Part shown: positions 29,359 through 39,616 of the stretch, one piece after another
Layout of the letters: each line of letters starts with the position of its first letter
Position numbering within the stretch: the first letter of the stretch is position 1
Origin: an uncultured delta proteobacterium
Lineage (GTDB): Bacteria; Desulfobacterota; Desulfomonilia; Desulfomonilales; Desulfomonilaceae
DNA: 64,000 nt
Assembly: GCA_963789265.1 (NCBI GenBank)
Contig: CAWBKB010000005.1
Coordinates: forward strand, 672,001-736,000
Direction: 5' to 3'
The notes under the pieces: generated by a model
Seen by the model: only the letters and a program-made list of their open reading frames with translations
Database searches by the model: none
What the model was told of the DNA's origin: nothing
Position numbers and translations under genes: made by a program

Positions 29359-29790
29359 TCATGTGATTATCTGCTGTTTTAACCACTTGGCATGCTGCAT
29401 CTCATCAAGCAACTGCTCTTCGAGCATTTCCACGGTGACCGGGTCATCCACAATGTCCGCGACAGCCTGAGCGTATTCCTTGATGGCTTCTTGTTCGAGT
29501 CCCAGTTCCACTTTCAACATGGCCTGAGTGCCTTGCTGCCGGGACATTGCGGCCAATTCTCTTCCCAGCATCGACGCCTCTCCCCCCGGCCTGACAGGAC
29601 TGCCGCCAAGTTCGCTGATCCTCGTTGTCAGGGCGACCGCGTGAGCATGTTCCACGGGGATGATCGCTTTTACTCCGTCCGCAATTTCAGGCTCCGAAAT
29701 CGCAGAAGCGTGTGTACGATAACATTCCAGGGCAGTGAATTCGGATTCCAGAAGATGGTTGAGCAAATCTATTTTATCTTCAGGGCTCAT
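29359..29790 (-). CDS. Ferritin-like domain protein
   Basis: ExxH pairs (VEHAH, DEMQH) and RISELGGSP. Confidence 0.8.
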   Translation of the reverse strand: MSPEDKIDLLNHLLESEFTALECYRTHASAISEPEIADGVKAIIPVEHAHAVALTTRISELGGSPVRPGGEASMLGRELAAMSRQQGTQAMLKVELGLEQEAIKEYAQAVADIVDDPVTVEMLEEQLLDEMQHAKWLKQQIIT

Positions 29791-29859
29791 GGGTTATTTC
29801 CTTAAAGAATTATATACCTTGCAAAGCCTCGGGAATTTGGCAATGATTCCACGTGAATC

Positions 29860-29940
29860 ACCTTCCCCTTTTTCCCCTCCCGTCGAGGGAGGGGATTCAA
29901 AAACCCTCTCCCTTGGCGGGAGAGGGAAGGGTGAGGGGGA
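29860..29940. repeat. REP-like double hairpin, same family as the inner element at 27750-27842
   Basis: CCCCTCCCGTCGAGGGAGGGG and CCCTCTCCCTTGGCGGGAGAGGGAAGGGTGAGGGG. Confidence 0.65.
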
Positions 29941-30089
29941 CGTAAGGTTTGTCAAGTGAACAATTCCCTCCTACCAGGGATCAGCCATAAAGTCATATGC
30001 TTCAAAACCAATTCAGCCGCGGAAATGTTGTCCGTCAAACCAATATAGCCAAAGCAGGAGCTTGGATAAGACTCCCTCACAACAAGTTG

Positions 30090-31902
30090 TCATTCTGGTA
30101 CGATTGCAAGCACTTCTTGTCCTGTACTCGTCAGTTACCGGAGTTTTGATCTGATAGAGCTTGTACCATTTTCTGATCGCTCCCGCGACGACTATTGCCA
30201 TTAGGACCATGACCATGATGGACAAGCCCGCCAAAAGATAGAGCCTCTGAGGAAGATAGTTCCAGAATATGTTCTCGTACCCGGCAATCATAGTAACAAA
30301 TACCATGAAGATCCCCGGCACGGCCGTAATCCATGCATATTTGGCTTTATTCATTCGGAGTATCATAGTCGTCCCGATAATCAGTGCGCTCGCCGCGAGC
30401 AACTGGTTACTCATTCCGAAAAGAGGCCATATAGTGGTTATATTTCCGGTATAGACCAGGTACCCCCAAGATCCTGTGAAGAGTATACTTGTTATTACGA
30501 TGCCCGGTATCCACCTATTGTCCTGGAATTTGGGACTTAAGTGCCCCAGCATTTCCTGAAGAAAGAATCTTCCCACCCTGGTTCCCGCATCAACGGCAGT
30601 CAAAATGAATACTGACTCAAACATGATTGCATAGTGATACCAGTAGGCCATGAGGCTCTTCAGGAATGGCACGGAAGAAAAGATGTAAGCCATACCCACA
30701 GCCAGGGATACCGCCCCACCCGGTCTGCCCTGGAGGGTTTCGGCTACCTCTTGGGAAAGGGCCCCAAGGTGGACAGGGGTCATCCCCAGCTTCGCAAAAG
30801 CCGCCGGAGCCGCGTTGATCGCAAAATAATCGGCCGGGACAAGAACACAAGCTGCAGTCAGAGCCATTATGGCCACAAATCCCTCGACAAGCATTGCGCC
30901 ATATCCGACAAACAGCACATCACGCTCACTCGCTATCATTTTTGGGGTGGTGCCGGATCCGATTATCGCGTGAAATCCGGATAGCGCTCCACATGCGATC
31001 GTGATGAACACAAATGGGAATACCGGGCCTGGGATTATCGGTCCACCACCGCTCACGAATTTGGTGATCGGTTGCATCAAGAACTCAGGTCTGACGAGGG
31101 CTATCCCCGTTGCCAGGACGGCAATGGTGCCGATTTTTAAGTAAGTGGACAGATAATCTCTCGGGACCAAAAGAAGCCACACAGGCAGCACTGAAGCAGC
31201 AAATCCGTAGATGGGAACAATGATTGAGAGCTGTTTCTTTGAGAGAGTGAATATGGAGGCAAGCATGGGGTGCTTCACAATATAAGGACCTGCAACTATC
31301 GTCAGGGCAAGCAACGCCACTCCGATCACACTCGCGCCTTTCACGTCGCCGTCACGCCACACGTGCATGTAAAGACCCATAAGGATCGCGATAGGGATTG
31401 TTGCAGCCACCGTAAATGTTCCCCAGGGGCTGGAGAACATTGCATTGACCACCGCTATGGATAGCCCTGCCAGACTAAGAATGAGAATGAAGAGTATCGC
31501 CACCGAAGCGACCGAACCAGTGCCCGTCCCTATTTCATATTCAGCTATTTTCGCCAAAGATTGGGCCTTGTGCCTGACCGAGGCAAATAACACGACCATA
31601 TCGTGAACTGCACCGGCAACAACACAGCCGATTATGATCCACAGTGCCCCGGGGAGATAGCCGAACTGAGCTGCCAATACCGGTCCTAAGAGCGGGCCTG
31701 CTGCAGCAATCGCGGCAAAATGGTGCCCGAACAATACGTACTTGTTCGTCTTGACGTAGTCCAGGCCGTCAGCCATTTTTACGGCAGGTGTAAGGCGGTC
31801 CCCATTGAGACCCAGCACCTTGCGGGCTATGAACAGGCCGTAGAACCTGTATCCGATAGCAAAAACACACAGAGTAACGAAAACCAGGGTCAGGGCGTTC
31901 AT
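30090..31902 (-). CDS. cstA: Carbon starvation protein CstA (peptide/pyruvate transporter family)
   Basis: GHHFAAIAAAGPL.GP, LLVPRDYLST, ITIACGALSGFH; a probable +1 indel near 30124 extends the called ORF to 30013, and the corrected end is DEYGQEVLAIVPE-stop at 30090. Confidence 0.92.
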
Positions 31903-32254
31903 AGTGGACTGTCTCCTTTGTCCGGGCCAATAGGGGTAGGGTGAAAAGAGCGCATGTCACAATCCGGTAGCTCGTATAACGATTTAACCCTGAAGCATAA
32001 CCTGGCGCAAGAAGAAGCCGCGTGCGCGGCAACAATGTCACCGGCTGGAAGTTGGGCCTGAGCGGTTTCAGGGGGCAGGTCCTGTAGAATCGAGGTAGGA
32101 CGGCCGAAGCCCGACGGCGCATATCAGCGCGAAAATCCTTGGCCAGTACTGTCGGCTGAAAGCGCCCAGCTCATCGAAAACCGCTTTCTACGTCAGGATT
32201 TGAAAAATAGTATACTCGCAAATTCTAGTGTCAAGCACAAACTTTCCATTATCG

Positions 32255-32411
32255 TAAGCATTCACTTACGCGGAGGATCTTCTGCATCTTGTCATTGCGA
32301 GGAGTGAAATCCCGCGTCTCGCGGGAAAGCAATCTAAGCGGCGTTTAAAGGAAAAGATTGCTTCGCTTCGCTCGCAATGACAAATTCTCCCTCCGCATAA
32401 GTCAATGGTTA
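32255..32411. mobile_element. MITE-like element, copy 1
   Basis: ~22-bp imperfect TIR TAAGCATTCACTTACGCGGAGG / CCTCCGCATAAGTCAATGGTTA enclosing GTCATTGCGAG...CTCGCAATGAC; homologue at 61048-61279. Confidence 0.8.
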
Positions 32412-32907
32412 TCCATTATCGAAGAGTCTTCGCCCTGTAAAACCTCGGTACGACCATCCGAAGTGTCATGGCGACCCCTTGGCTGGGAAACTTTGGAATG
32501 TCATGTGGGAATAGCACCTTACAGTACGTAAAAAAAACTGACAGCCCGCGACCGCGTGGCCCCTGAGATCTTCTGGTTATATCGCGAGGAATAATTCTTG
32601 TTTTCAGAGAATTAAGGGGGCGACAGAACCGAACATTATCTGGCATGGAAGTTGCTCTGATGTATGGCTGGAAGCACTCTTCGTACAAGCGCTGGTCCTC
32701 CGGGTTCTTTGATTACTCGATGCGTCACCCAAGCCAGGCGCATCGTCCGTCGTAGGGGCACGCCGCCCGTGCCCCTACTTTGAAAATACCTCCTCAAAAG
32801 AGTATAGAGATTATGCACGTGAGATTCCGATGCAGTATCTCGCTCCAGACCTCAAGGTGCTTCTTCTCTTCAGGGAGCGCTCAAAGTTACGAGAGGAGGG
32901 TCAAAAG

Positions 32908-33360
32908 GTGATTCCCAAAAAAATCCTGGTATGTACGGACTTTTCAGAAAACTCCATTCCCGCTCGCCGCTGTGCCGTCGAATGGGCTGCTGTCTTCGGG
33001 GCCGAATTGGCAATTCTCCACGTAGTCAATTCCAGATTCTTCGGTTATCCGAGCTTTACTGACAGAATCCCTGTCGAAATGGCTTTGATTCAAAAGAATA
33101 TCGAGGAGGGGGTCGACGAAGAATTAGAGGCAATTGCCGCCGAGTGCAGGCGGAATCTTTCCAACGTTCAGGTGCACAGTCGTTCAGGTGCTCCGGCAGA
33201 GGAAATCATTCGATTCGCCGCCGAGGAGGCAGTAGATCTGATTATCATGGGGACCCACGGATGGTCCGGGGTCAGACACCTGATCGTCGGCAGCACGGCA
33301 GAGAACGTGGTTCGGACTGCCAAATGTCCTGTGCTCTCCGTAAGATCTAAAACAAAATAG
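32908..33360 (+). CDS. Universal stress protein (UspA family)
   Basis: KILVCTDFS and DLIIMGTHG...GSTAENVVR; GTG start after GGAGG. Confidence 0.93.
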   Translation: MIPKKILVCTDFSENSIPARRCAVEWAAVFGAELAILHVVNSRFFGYPSFTDRIPVEMALIQKNIEEGVDEELEAIAAECRRNLSNVQVHSRSGAPAEEIIRFAAEEAVDLIIMGTHGWSGVRHLIVGSTAENVVRTAKCPVLSVRSKTK

Positions 33361-33487
33361 GCTGATATGGCTCCTTGCGAGGTCTCAGCGGAGGTATACA
33401 TGATGATGCGCCGACTCTTCCGCGAGGAGTGAATTTTTGGGCTATGAACGAGCGAAGAACGGTCAACCCTGTTAAGGAGAGAATGAG

Positions 33488-34171
33488 ATGTTGGTCAAAG
33501 ACTGGATGAGCAAGAATGTTATCACCCTTGATGTCAACGATACCATGCAGCATGCCATAAATGTTTCGATGGAGAACCACATCAGCATCATGCCTGTCAT
33601 GGAAGAAGGTAAGTTGGTGGGAATAGTGACCGATCGAGATCTAAAGCGTGCATCTCCTTCGGACGCGACGCTGCTTGACATCCAGCAACTCATGTATCAC
33701 CTGTCGCGTCTGGAAGTTGGTGCGATTATGAGTCGGCATCCCGTCACTGTTCCTGTAGATCATACCGTTGAAGAGGCAGCGGAAATTCTCCTGACCAACG
33801 GGATTTCGGGCGCGCCGGTAGTTGACGAGCAGGGCAAGATAAAGGGCATTATAACCAAGAACGACCTGTTTAAAGCGATAATATCTCTGAGCGGCTTGAG
33901 TAAGCGGGGATTCCAATTCGGCTTTCTGCTGGAGGATAAGGCTGGTTCCATTAAGGAAGTTACCGACATAATAAGGAGATACAGTGGAAGGCTTGTCAGC
34001 ATTCTGAGTTCATACGAAAAGGCCCCGGAAGGATACCGTAATGTCTACATCAGAGCATTCGACGTTGATCGTGAGGTGCTGCCGCGACTATTAGAAGAAC
34101 TTAAGGCGCGTGCGAAATTGCTGTACGTGGTCGATCATCAGGAGAATAAGAGAGAGATCTACGACGTTTGA
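33488..34171 (+). CDS. CBS-pair plus ACT domain protein (AcuB-like), paralogue of 23449-24147
   Basis: Extensive visible identity (TDRDLKRAS, RLVSILSSYE, RNVYIRAFD). Confidence 0.9.
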   Translation: MLVKDWMSKNVITLDVNDTMQHAINVSMENHISIMPVMEEGKLVGIVTDRDLKRASPSDATLLDIQQLMYHLSRLEVGAIMSRHPVTVPVDHTVEEAAEILLTNGISGAPVVDEQGKIKGIITKNDLFKAIISLSGLSKRGFQFGFLLEDKAGSIKEVTDIIRRYSGRLVSILSSYEKAPEGYRNVYIRAFDVDREVLPRLLEELKARAKLLYVVDHQENKREIYDV

Positions 34172-34233
34172 ACGTAAACAGAGTTGAAAGTATTTTTGCG
34201 GCGGCACAGTTTAGAACAAAAGACCATTCAACT

Positions 34234-34695
34234 CTACATAGCCAAAACAGTGGGTTCAATCAAACGATCAAATTTGCTTTGATCCATGAGGAGATAGGTG
34301 CCGGTGGCTCGAGTGCAGACATTTCCACTTTCATTTCTGATCTCAGCCACAAGATGAATTTTGCTCCCTTCCTGTGATTCTATGCGGCAACGAACCTCGA
34401 TTTCCTGGTCGACGTAGACCGGTCTGAAAAACTGGACATTGAGCGCCGTTGTGACTCCTGACTGCTGAGCCAAATGATGGGTTGCCCACCCCATGATCTC
34501 ATCAAACAGACCACTCCGGATGCCTCCGTGGAGAATTCGACCAAGGCCGGCAAACATCGGCGAAGCTTTCCAGCGTGAAACCACTTCACGGGGTTCTGTT
34601 TGCGTTTCCTGAAACGTCAGTTTCAGACCTATCGGATTGAGATCTCCACAGAAAAAGCATTGCCCCGCTCCATACGGATTAGGTATCGGCTTCAT
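34234..34695 (-). CDS. PaaI-family thioesterase (hotdog fold)
   Basis: CFFCG..NPIGL and LHGG....LFDE. Confidence 0.88.
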   Translation of the reverse strand: MKPIPNPYGAGQCFFCGDLNPIGLKLTFQETQTEPREVVSRWKASPMFAGLGRILHGGIRSGLFDEIMGWATHHLAQQSGVTTALNVQFFRPVYVDQEIEVRCRIESQEGSKIHLVAEIRNESGNVCTRATGTYLLMDQSKFDRLIEPTVLAM

Positions 34696-34923
34696 GCTGT
34701 TATCTCCTTACCAAAGGAAATCCCTTGGTTACGCTGTCGAACATAGTCGTTACGAGTCCCATATCCCGTGAACTTTCGCTACAGCAATGACCGAACTCCA
34801 TGGATTCACCGCGCATCTTGAAGATCAGTACTTAAATTGTTGATTTCTTCACCTGGCGAAAACTCCGAAAGACGGCGCAGGACAAGGTTAGAAAGTCCCC
34901 CGATGAAGATTCCTGATCCCTAG

Positions 34924-35499
34924 CTACTGCGCAGGATCCCCATCCGATGGGTGCGTCTTTATATGCGCCTGTTTGATCGCACCACACGTCGGTTCGACGG
35001 TGTACTTGGCCGAAGGATTTACCACCAGTTTTCCTTCCATAAAATTACGTCCGATCAACATGGGGTATTCGAAACCGGACCGATCCACCAGATTGACGTC
35101 CACCTCTTTGGAGACTCTGCCCAGACATACTCCCAGTCGAATCACGAGCCGATCTTGAAAGGCTCCGAAGTGGCGTTTGATTCGACGGACTCCTGCGACT
35201 TTACTCTCTACAAGAGTCTTTTTGCCTTTGACATCAATAACGTGGAATCGGACCCATTTTTCTCCCTTGCGTTCAAACTCGATTAAGTCAGGGGCATGCA
35301 GACAGCAGGTTACCGCCCCAGTATCCACTTTGGCGGGGAGCATGAATTTTCCCGGGAGAATGCACACTTTCTCCACCCAACCGACCATCTCATAAGGCTC
35401 GGCGTGAACCGGCGTCGGCGTGAGTAGCCAAAATGCGCCGGAAAAGACACAAGTGAAGAGTGTAATGCATGGCCATAACCGTTGTGAAAAATAACTCAT
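34924..35499 (-). CDS. Secreted retropepsin-like (ATP-dependent zinc protease / RimK-associated) protein
   Basis: GWVE, AKVDTGA, NLVDRS and MLIGRNF. Confidence 0.88.
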   Translation of the reverse strand: MSYFSQRLWPCITLFTCVFSGAFWLLTPTPVHAEPYEMVGWVEKVCILPGKFMLPAKVDTGAVTCCLHAPDLIEFERKGEKWVRFHVIDVKGKKTLVESKVAGVRRIKRHFGAFQDRLVIRLGVCLGRVSKEVDVNLVDRSGFEYPMLIGRNFMEGKLVVNPSAKYTVEPTCGAIKQAHIKTHPSDGDPAQ

Positions 35500-35841
35500 A
35501 TTGAAGGACCTTTGCGCAAGAAAATGAAAGAAGCCTCATTTGATACCAATGTGCTTTCATACATGTAAGACGACGGGCACCCCGCCGGCCAAGACATTCT
35601 TAATCATTCCTTTAAGCGCGAAATCGTATGAAGCCCTAATTGTGGAACACAGCTCGTTCCGATTTCGAACGCAATCTCGGTACGAATATCCGGTCGGCAA
35701 AGCAATGTCAAGATCCAGGATATGTGCCCTCCGGCATAATATGCCTACATGTCAATATCTTATCTGCAAGGCCCCAATACCCTGATGCCTTGAGGAGTGC
35801 TTCTATAGCCAAAACGTAACAATCAGGCAAGAGGAAATATC

Positions 35842-35872
35842 TTGACAATGGGATCGACCCAAATTATAGAAT
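35842..35872 (+). promoter_or_regulatory. Sigma70 promoter for the RRM gene (leader about 200 nt)
   Basis: TTGACA-N17-TATAGA(AT). Confidence 0.6.
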
Positions 35873-36078
35873 ACCTTTAAAATTGGACTTGTCTTTCCCT
35901 CCCGGCCGATCAGGATTACGGGCGTGAAGGAAGAATCTCGAACGTAGGACGGAAGCGCTCGTGCCATCACCTCTGTTTGTTACGGCTAATCTCCCAACCC
36001 ACGCAGTGGAACCCTCCTCTTACCAATGCACTCTTGTCGCTTCAACAAGGGTATTTTTTTAAGAAAAGGAGCAGAACA

Positions 36079-36381
36079 GTGGCTGCAATCAACATTTACG
36101 TGGGCAACTTGTCCTTCGACACAAGCGAAGACCAGCTCAAGGAATTGTTCGAGAGCTATGGACAGGTTGAATCTGCAACCATAATTTCCGACAAGTTCAC
36201 TGGCCGACCCAGAGGATTTGGTTTTGTTAAGATGCCGGAGCGTGAAGAAGGGCTCAGAGCCATTCAGGAATTGGACGCAAAGGACTTTATGGGCCGCAGT
36301 CTCAAGATAAACGAGGCAAGGCCGCGCACCGATCGGCCTGACAGACAAGGCGGCGGAAGCAAGGGGTCGCGCTGGCGTTAG
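36079..36381 (+). CDS. RRM RNA-binding protein
   Basis: RNP2 IYVGNL and RNP1 RGFGFV; GTG start after AAGGAG. Confidence 0.93.
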   Translation: MAAINIYVGNLSFDTSEDQLKELFESYGQVESATIISDKFTGRPRGFGFVKMPEREEGLRAIQELDAKDFMGRSLKINEARPRTDRPDRQGGGSKGSRWR

Positions 36382-36820
36382 GCTTTATAGCGAGCAGAGT
36401 GCGAATCCCGGTGACAACTGTCAGACTATCTTGACAAGGCAGGGTCCTTCAGACGGCGTGGGCTAATCTGCTTTAGGACGTGCCCATCCGTTACTGATAT
36501 GCTTACGGCGGGCATTATCCAGCCGAACGTACCATGTTCCAGTAAAGTTCTCGACCTTCTTCGCTTATTTACCCAAGCTCTAAGTCGTCTCCCACCGAAC
36601 CCACTGCGAATACAGCAAACGGTTTGCCGTCCGGCAGTCGGCGACCATGGGGGCTGATGGCTTCCGGATTCGATCAAAGGTCGTGAGATGTCCGGTCAGG
36701 AGCAGCCATAATTGGCTGGCCTTTTTTCATGAAAGGATTTAGTATAATAGGCGGGAATGGTCTTGGTTGTTTATTCGGCATGGCCGTCTGAAACAATTTG
36801 GTTGAAAGGAGAGCACGAAC

Positions 36821-37420
36821 GTGTGCAGCAGACGCATTCTGAACAGGCTCTTGGTCCCTCTTATTTCCGTTTTACCATTTGTTTCGTTCCTGGTACTGAG
36901 CCCCCCTTGTTTTTCCCAGGATGCTGGTTGTTCTTCAGCTCGGGCGCGGTGGGAAGAGCGCTTTCAGGAGTTGAGAGACAAGATACAGGATTATTCAACC
37001 ATTCAGCAAACATCTCTGGAACGGCTCACGCAACATCCTCTCGTCGATCGAACCGAAGGCAAGACAATTGCAAAACAGATCTCCGAGGCCATTCAAGTCA
37101 AAGACCGGATGCTGTGTGGCAAGAGAAAGGAATGTCGGGAGTTCCTTGCCCTGGAGAACCAGGCTTTTGCAGAATTCAAGCAATGTGCAGGCAACGGACG
37201 AGGGCTGAGAGACAAAGAGGTGCGGAATCTGATCAAGAAGAGGCAGGGATTTGTCGAGAAGGCCAACGTAGCCCTTGCGGAAGTGCGCGAGGTTGAAGGT
37301 AAGGGTACGCTTCCTTATATGGAGACAATGCGGAGCCAGCAGGACCCTTACCGGCAAAGCTGGAACAACCAATGGCAAAACTACCAACAGAGGTATCGCG
37401 GCGGCTGGTGGGGCTATTAG
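36821..37420 (+). CDS. Secreted helical hypothetical protein
   Basis: Signal-like N-terminus, coiled-coil character, Q/N/W/Y-rich tail; AAGGAG RBS. Confidence 0.65.
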   Translation: MCSRRILNRLLVPLISVLPFVSFLVLSPPCFSQDAGCSSARARWEERFQELRDKIQDYSTIQQTSLERLTQHPLVDRTEGKTIAKQISEAIQVKDRMLCGKRKECREFLALENQAFAEFKQCAGNGRGLRDKEVRNLIKKRQGFVEKANVALAEVREVEGKGTLPYMETMRSQQDPYRQSWNNQWQNYQQRYRGGWWGY

Positions 37421-37585
37421 ATCTGTAAGGAGACTTCTCCTACGAAGAATATGGAGGTAGAATTTTTTGGGTGATAGCTGTGGGTTGTGGTTCTTTGAAG
37501 GGTGGAAATGGAGAACCTCTTTAGACCCGTCGGCCTTGACAGGCTCTCAGCGAACTACTATTATCAAAGGTTGCTGAAAAGGCCC

Positions 37586-37661
37586 GGGCCCATAGCTCAG
37601 TTGGTAGAGCTACCGGCTCATAACCGGTTGGTCCCTGGTTCGAGTCCAGGTGGGCCCACCA
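37586..37661 (+). tRNA. tRNA with CAT anticodon, most likely tRNA-Ile2 (lysidine)
   Basis: 76-nt cloverleaf GGGCCCA...CTCATAA...GGTTCGAGTCC...GGGCCCACCA; lacks the initiator-tRNA 1:72 mismatch. Confidence 0.93.
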
Positions 37662-37719
37662 TTCTCAGAGAGATCACTCATGAAGAAACCGCAAATTTTT
37701 CCAGCAGACCTGAGTTTTC

Positions 37720-37757
37720 ATCACGGGGAGCTTGATCAAGCTCCCCGTGATCTTTTT
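37720..37757 (+). terminator. Intrinsic terminator after the tRNA
   Basis: 32-bp perfect palindrome ATCACGGGGAGCTTGA/TCAAGCTCCCCGTGAT followed by CTTTTT. Confidence 0.75.
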
Positions 37758-37917
37758 GAAGGATCGAAAATCTGCAATTCGATATTTGGTAACCTATGTA
37801 CGCCGTGGCAGAACTAGAATCAACCGGTGGCTTCTGCGTTTTCTTGGCTGCTCGGACCTCGGTTGGATGGCGGCGGGCGAAGGCTAAGGGCCACGCACCG
37901 CAAGCAAACGCGGAGCC

Positions 37918-38751
37918 ATGTCTCTCTTAGGACGTGATCGAAGCATGGAAGTGGTGACAGGGCAATGTTTGTCCGAAATCGTTGAGATTGCGAACCGCCT
38001 CTTTCCTTTTGACGCTGCGGAGCCGTGGGACAATTGCGGGATCCAGATCGGGAATCCGAATCGTCGGGTAAGTTCGATCGCGTTCAGCCTAGATCCGACA
38101 CCCCAAACGATCAAATTCGCCGCTGCTTCTTCCTGCGAACTTCTGATCACTCATCATCCTGTTATTTTAGAACCTTTTCGCAACATCATTTCAGAGTCTC
38201 TTTTCGGCAAGGTCGTGTTGGAAGCCGCGAGACTGGAAGTCGACATCCTAAGTCTTCACACTAACTTGGATGCCGCAGCCGGCGGATTAAACGATCGACT
38301 CGCTCAGAAATTAGGTTTGGAAAACATCGCCACCCCGATTGGCGCGCGCTGCGCCAGAATCGGTCGACTTCCGTCAGCGACAACACTTTTCACATTTGCT
38401 CGTAACATAGCCAAAGATATGGTGATTTCTCATGTGAGAGTGATCTCGGCGAAGGACACCGAGGTACGGACGGTCTTTTGTGCCTCCGGCAGCGGAATGG
38501 GCTACCTGAGCGAGGCCCTTCGCGAAAATGTTGACGTGATGGTTACCGGCGACGTTCGATACCATTCGGCGCGCGAAGCCCTGGAAATGGCAATGCCTGT
38601 CATTGACGCGGGACATTACGGTCTCGAAAAAGGTGCAATCAACCTTATGAAGGCCGCTTTCGAAGCCGAATTCGCCAGACTCGGCCTGGCGATTAACTGT
38701 ATTAACTGCGAATTAGAGAAGGAGCCCTTCATTGAGATACGCAACCCGTGA
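37918..38751 (+). CDS. Nif3-like dinuclear metal-centre protein
   Basis: WDNCGIQIG, ITHHP, LHTNLD, VTGDVRYH and DAGHYGLE. Confidence 0.93.
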   Translation: MSLLGRDRSMEVVTGQCLSEIVEIANRLFPFDAAEPWDNCGIQIGNPNRRVSSIAFSLDPTPQTIKFAAASSCELLITHHPVILEPFRNIISESLFGKVVLEAARLEVDILSLHTNLDAAAGGLNDRLAQKLGLENIATPIGARCARIGRLPSATTLFTFARNIAKDMVISHVRVISAKDTEVRTVFCASGSGMGYLSEALRENVDVMVTGDVRYHSAREALEMAMPVIDAGHYGLEKGAINLMKAAFEAEFARLGLAINCINCELEKEPFIEIRNP

Positions 38752-38764
38752 AGAAGAGTTTTCG

Positions 38765-39499
38765 TTGAGAGAACAGCTACCGCTTCTTGAAAAGCTCCAG
38801 CAGATCGACGGCGAGATAGAGCAACACGAAAATGACCTAGCCAGATTGCCCGTAGAGGTTCAGGACATAGCCAGGAACCTCGTAGTTATTCGCCGGGAGA
38901 ATTCGGAAGCGCGCGAGAGGCTAGCTTCGCTCGAAAAGGATGTGCGGAAAAAAGAGCAGGATCTAGCTGTGGAACAGGAAAAGATCAAACGTTCCGAGCG
39001 GCGTCTACTCAACATAAAAAATCAAAAAGAATACAATGCGTTATCCAGAGAAGTCAAACTCGGCAAGAAGGTTGTGGGCGAAATAGAAGATGGGATATTG
39101 GGATTTATGACTGAGATGGAAACAATCAAGAAGACCGTTGACAGAAAAGACAAGGAATACGCAGCACTTGAGAAAAGTTTGTTGGAGAAGAAGCAAGAAA
39201 TGGAGGCTATTTCTGCACGGGCAAGAACGGCCCTTGTTTCCCTGAGGACTGAGAAACAGAGAATCTCCGAATCGGTAGACCGTGATTTCTTGAAGAGATA
39301 TGAGACGGTCAAGAAAGCTCGAAGGAACGCGGTGGTGGAGTTGCGGAACGGATCGTGCACCGGCTGTCACATCGCCATACCACCCCAGCTTAACATCCGG
39401 ATTCTGAAGCAGGAAGAGTTGGTATTGTGTCCCAATTGCCATAGAATTCTCTATGTAAAGCCCGAAAATATTCCCGAATACAATAGAATTGATTCATAA
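38765..39499 (+). CDS. C4-type zinc-ribbon coiled-coil protein (DUF164-like)
   Basis: Long coiled coil then CTGC...CPNCHRILY; usual neighbour of nif3. Confidence 0.9.
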   Translation: MREQLPLLEKLQQIDGEIEQHENDLARLPVEVQDIARNLVVIRRENSEARERLASLEKDVRKKEQDLAVEQEKIKRSERRLLNIKNQKEYNALSREVKLGKKVVGEIEDGILGFMTEMETIKKTVDRKDKEYAALEKSLLEKKQEMEAISARARTALVSLRTEKQRISESVDRDFLKRYETVKKARRNAVVELRNGSCTGCHIAIPPQLNIRILKQEELVLCPNCHRILYVKPENIPEYNRIDS

Positions 39500-39616
39500 A
39501 TTTTCGAGGGCGGCGATCAGTGAAGCACCTGCCGCAATACATCGGTTGGCCCTGTTCCAAACGATGGTACGCGGCTCAATGATGTTGAGAACCATTTGCA
39601 TCCCTGAAAAGGAAGG

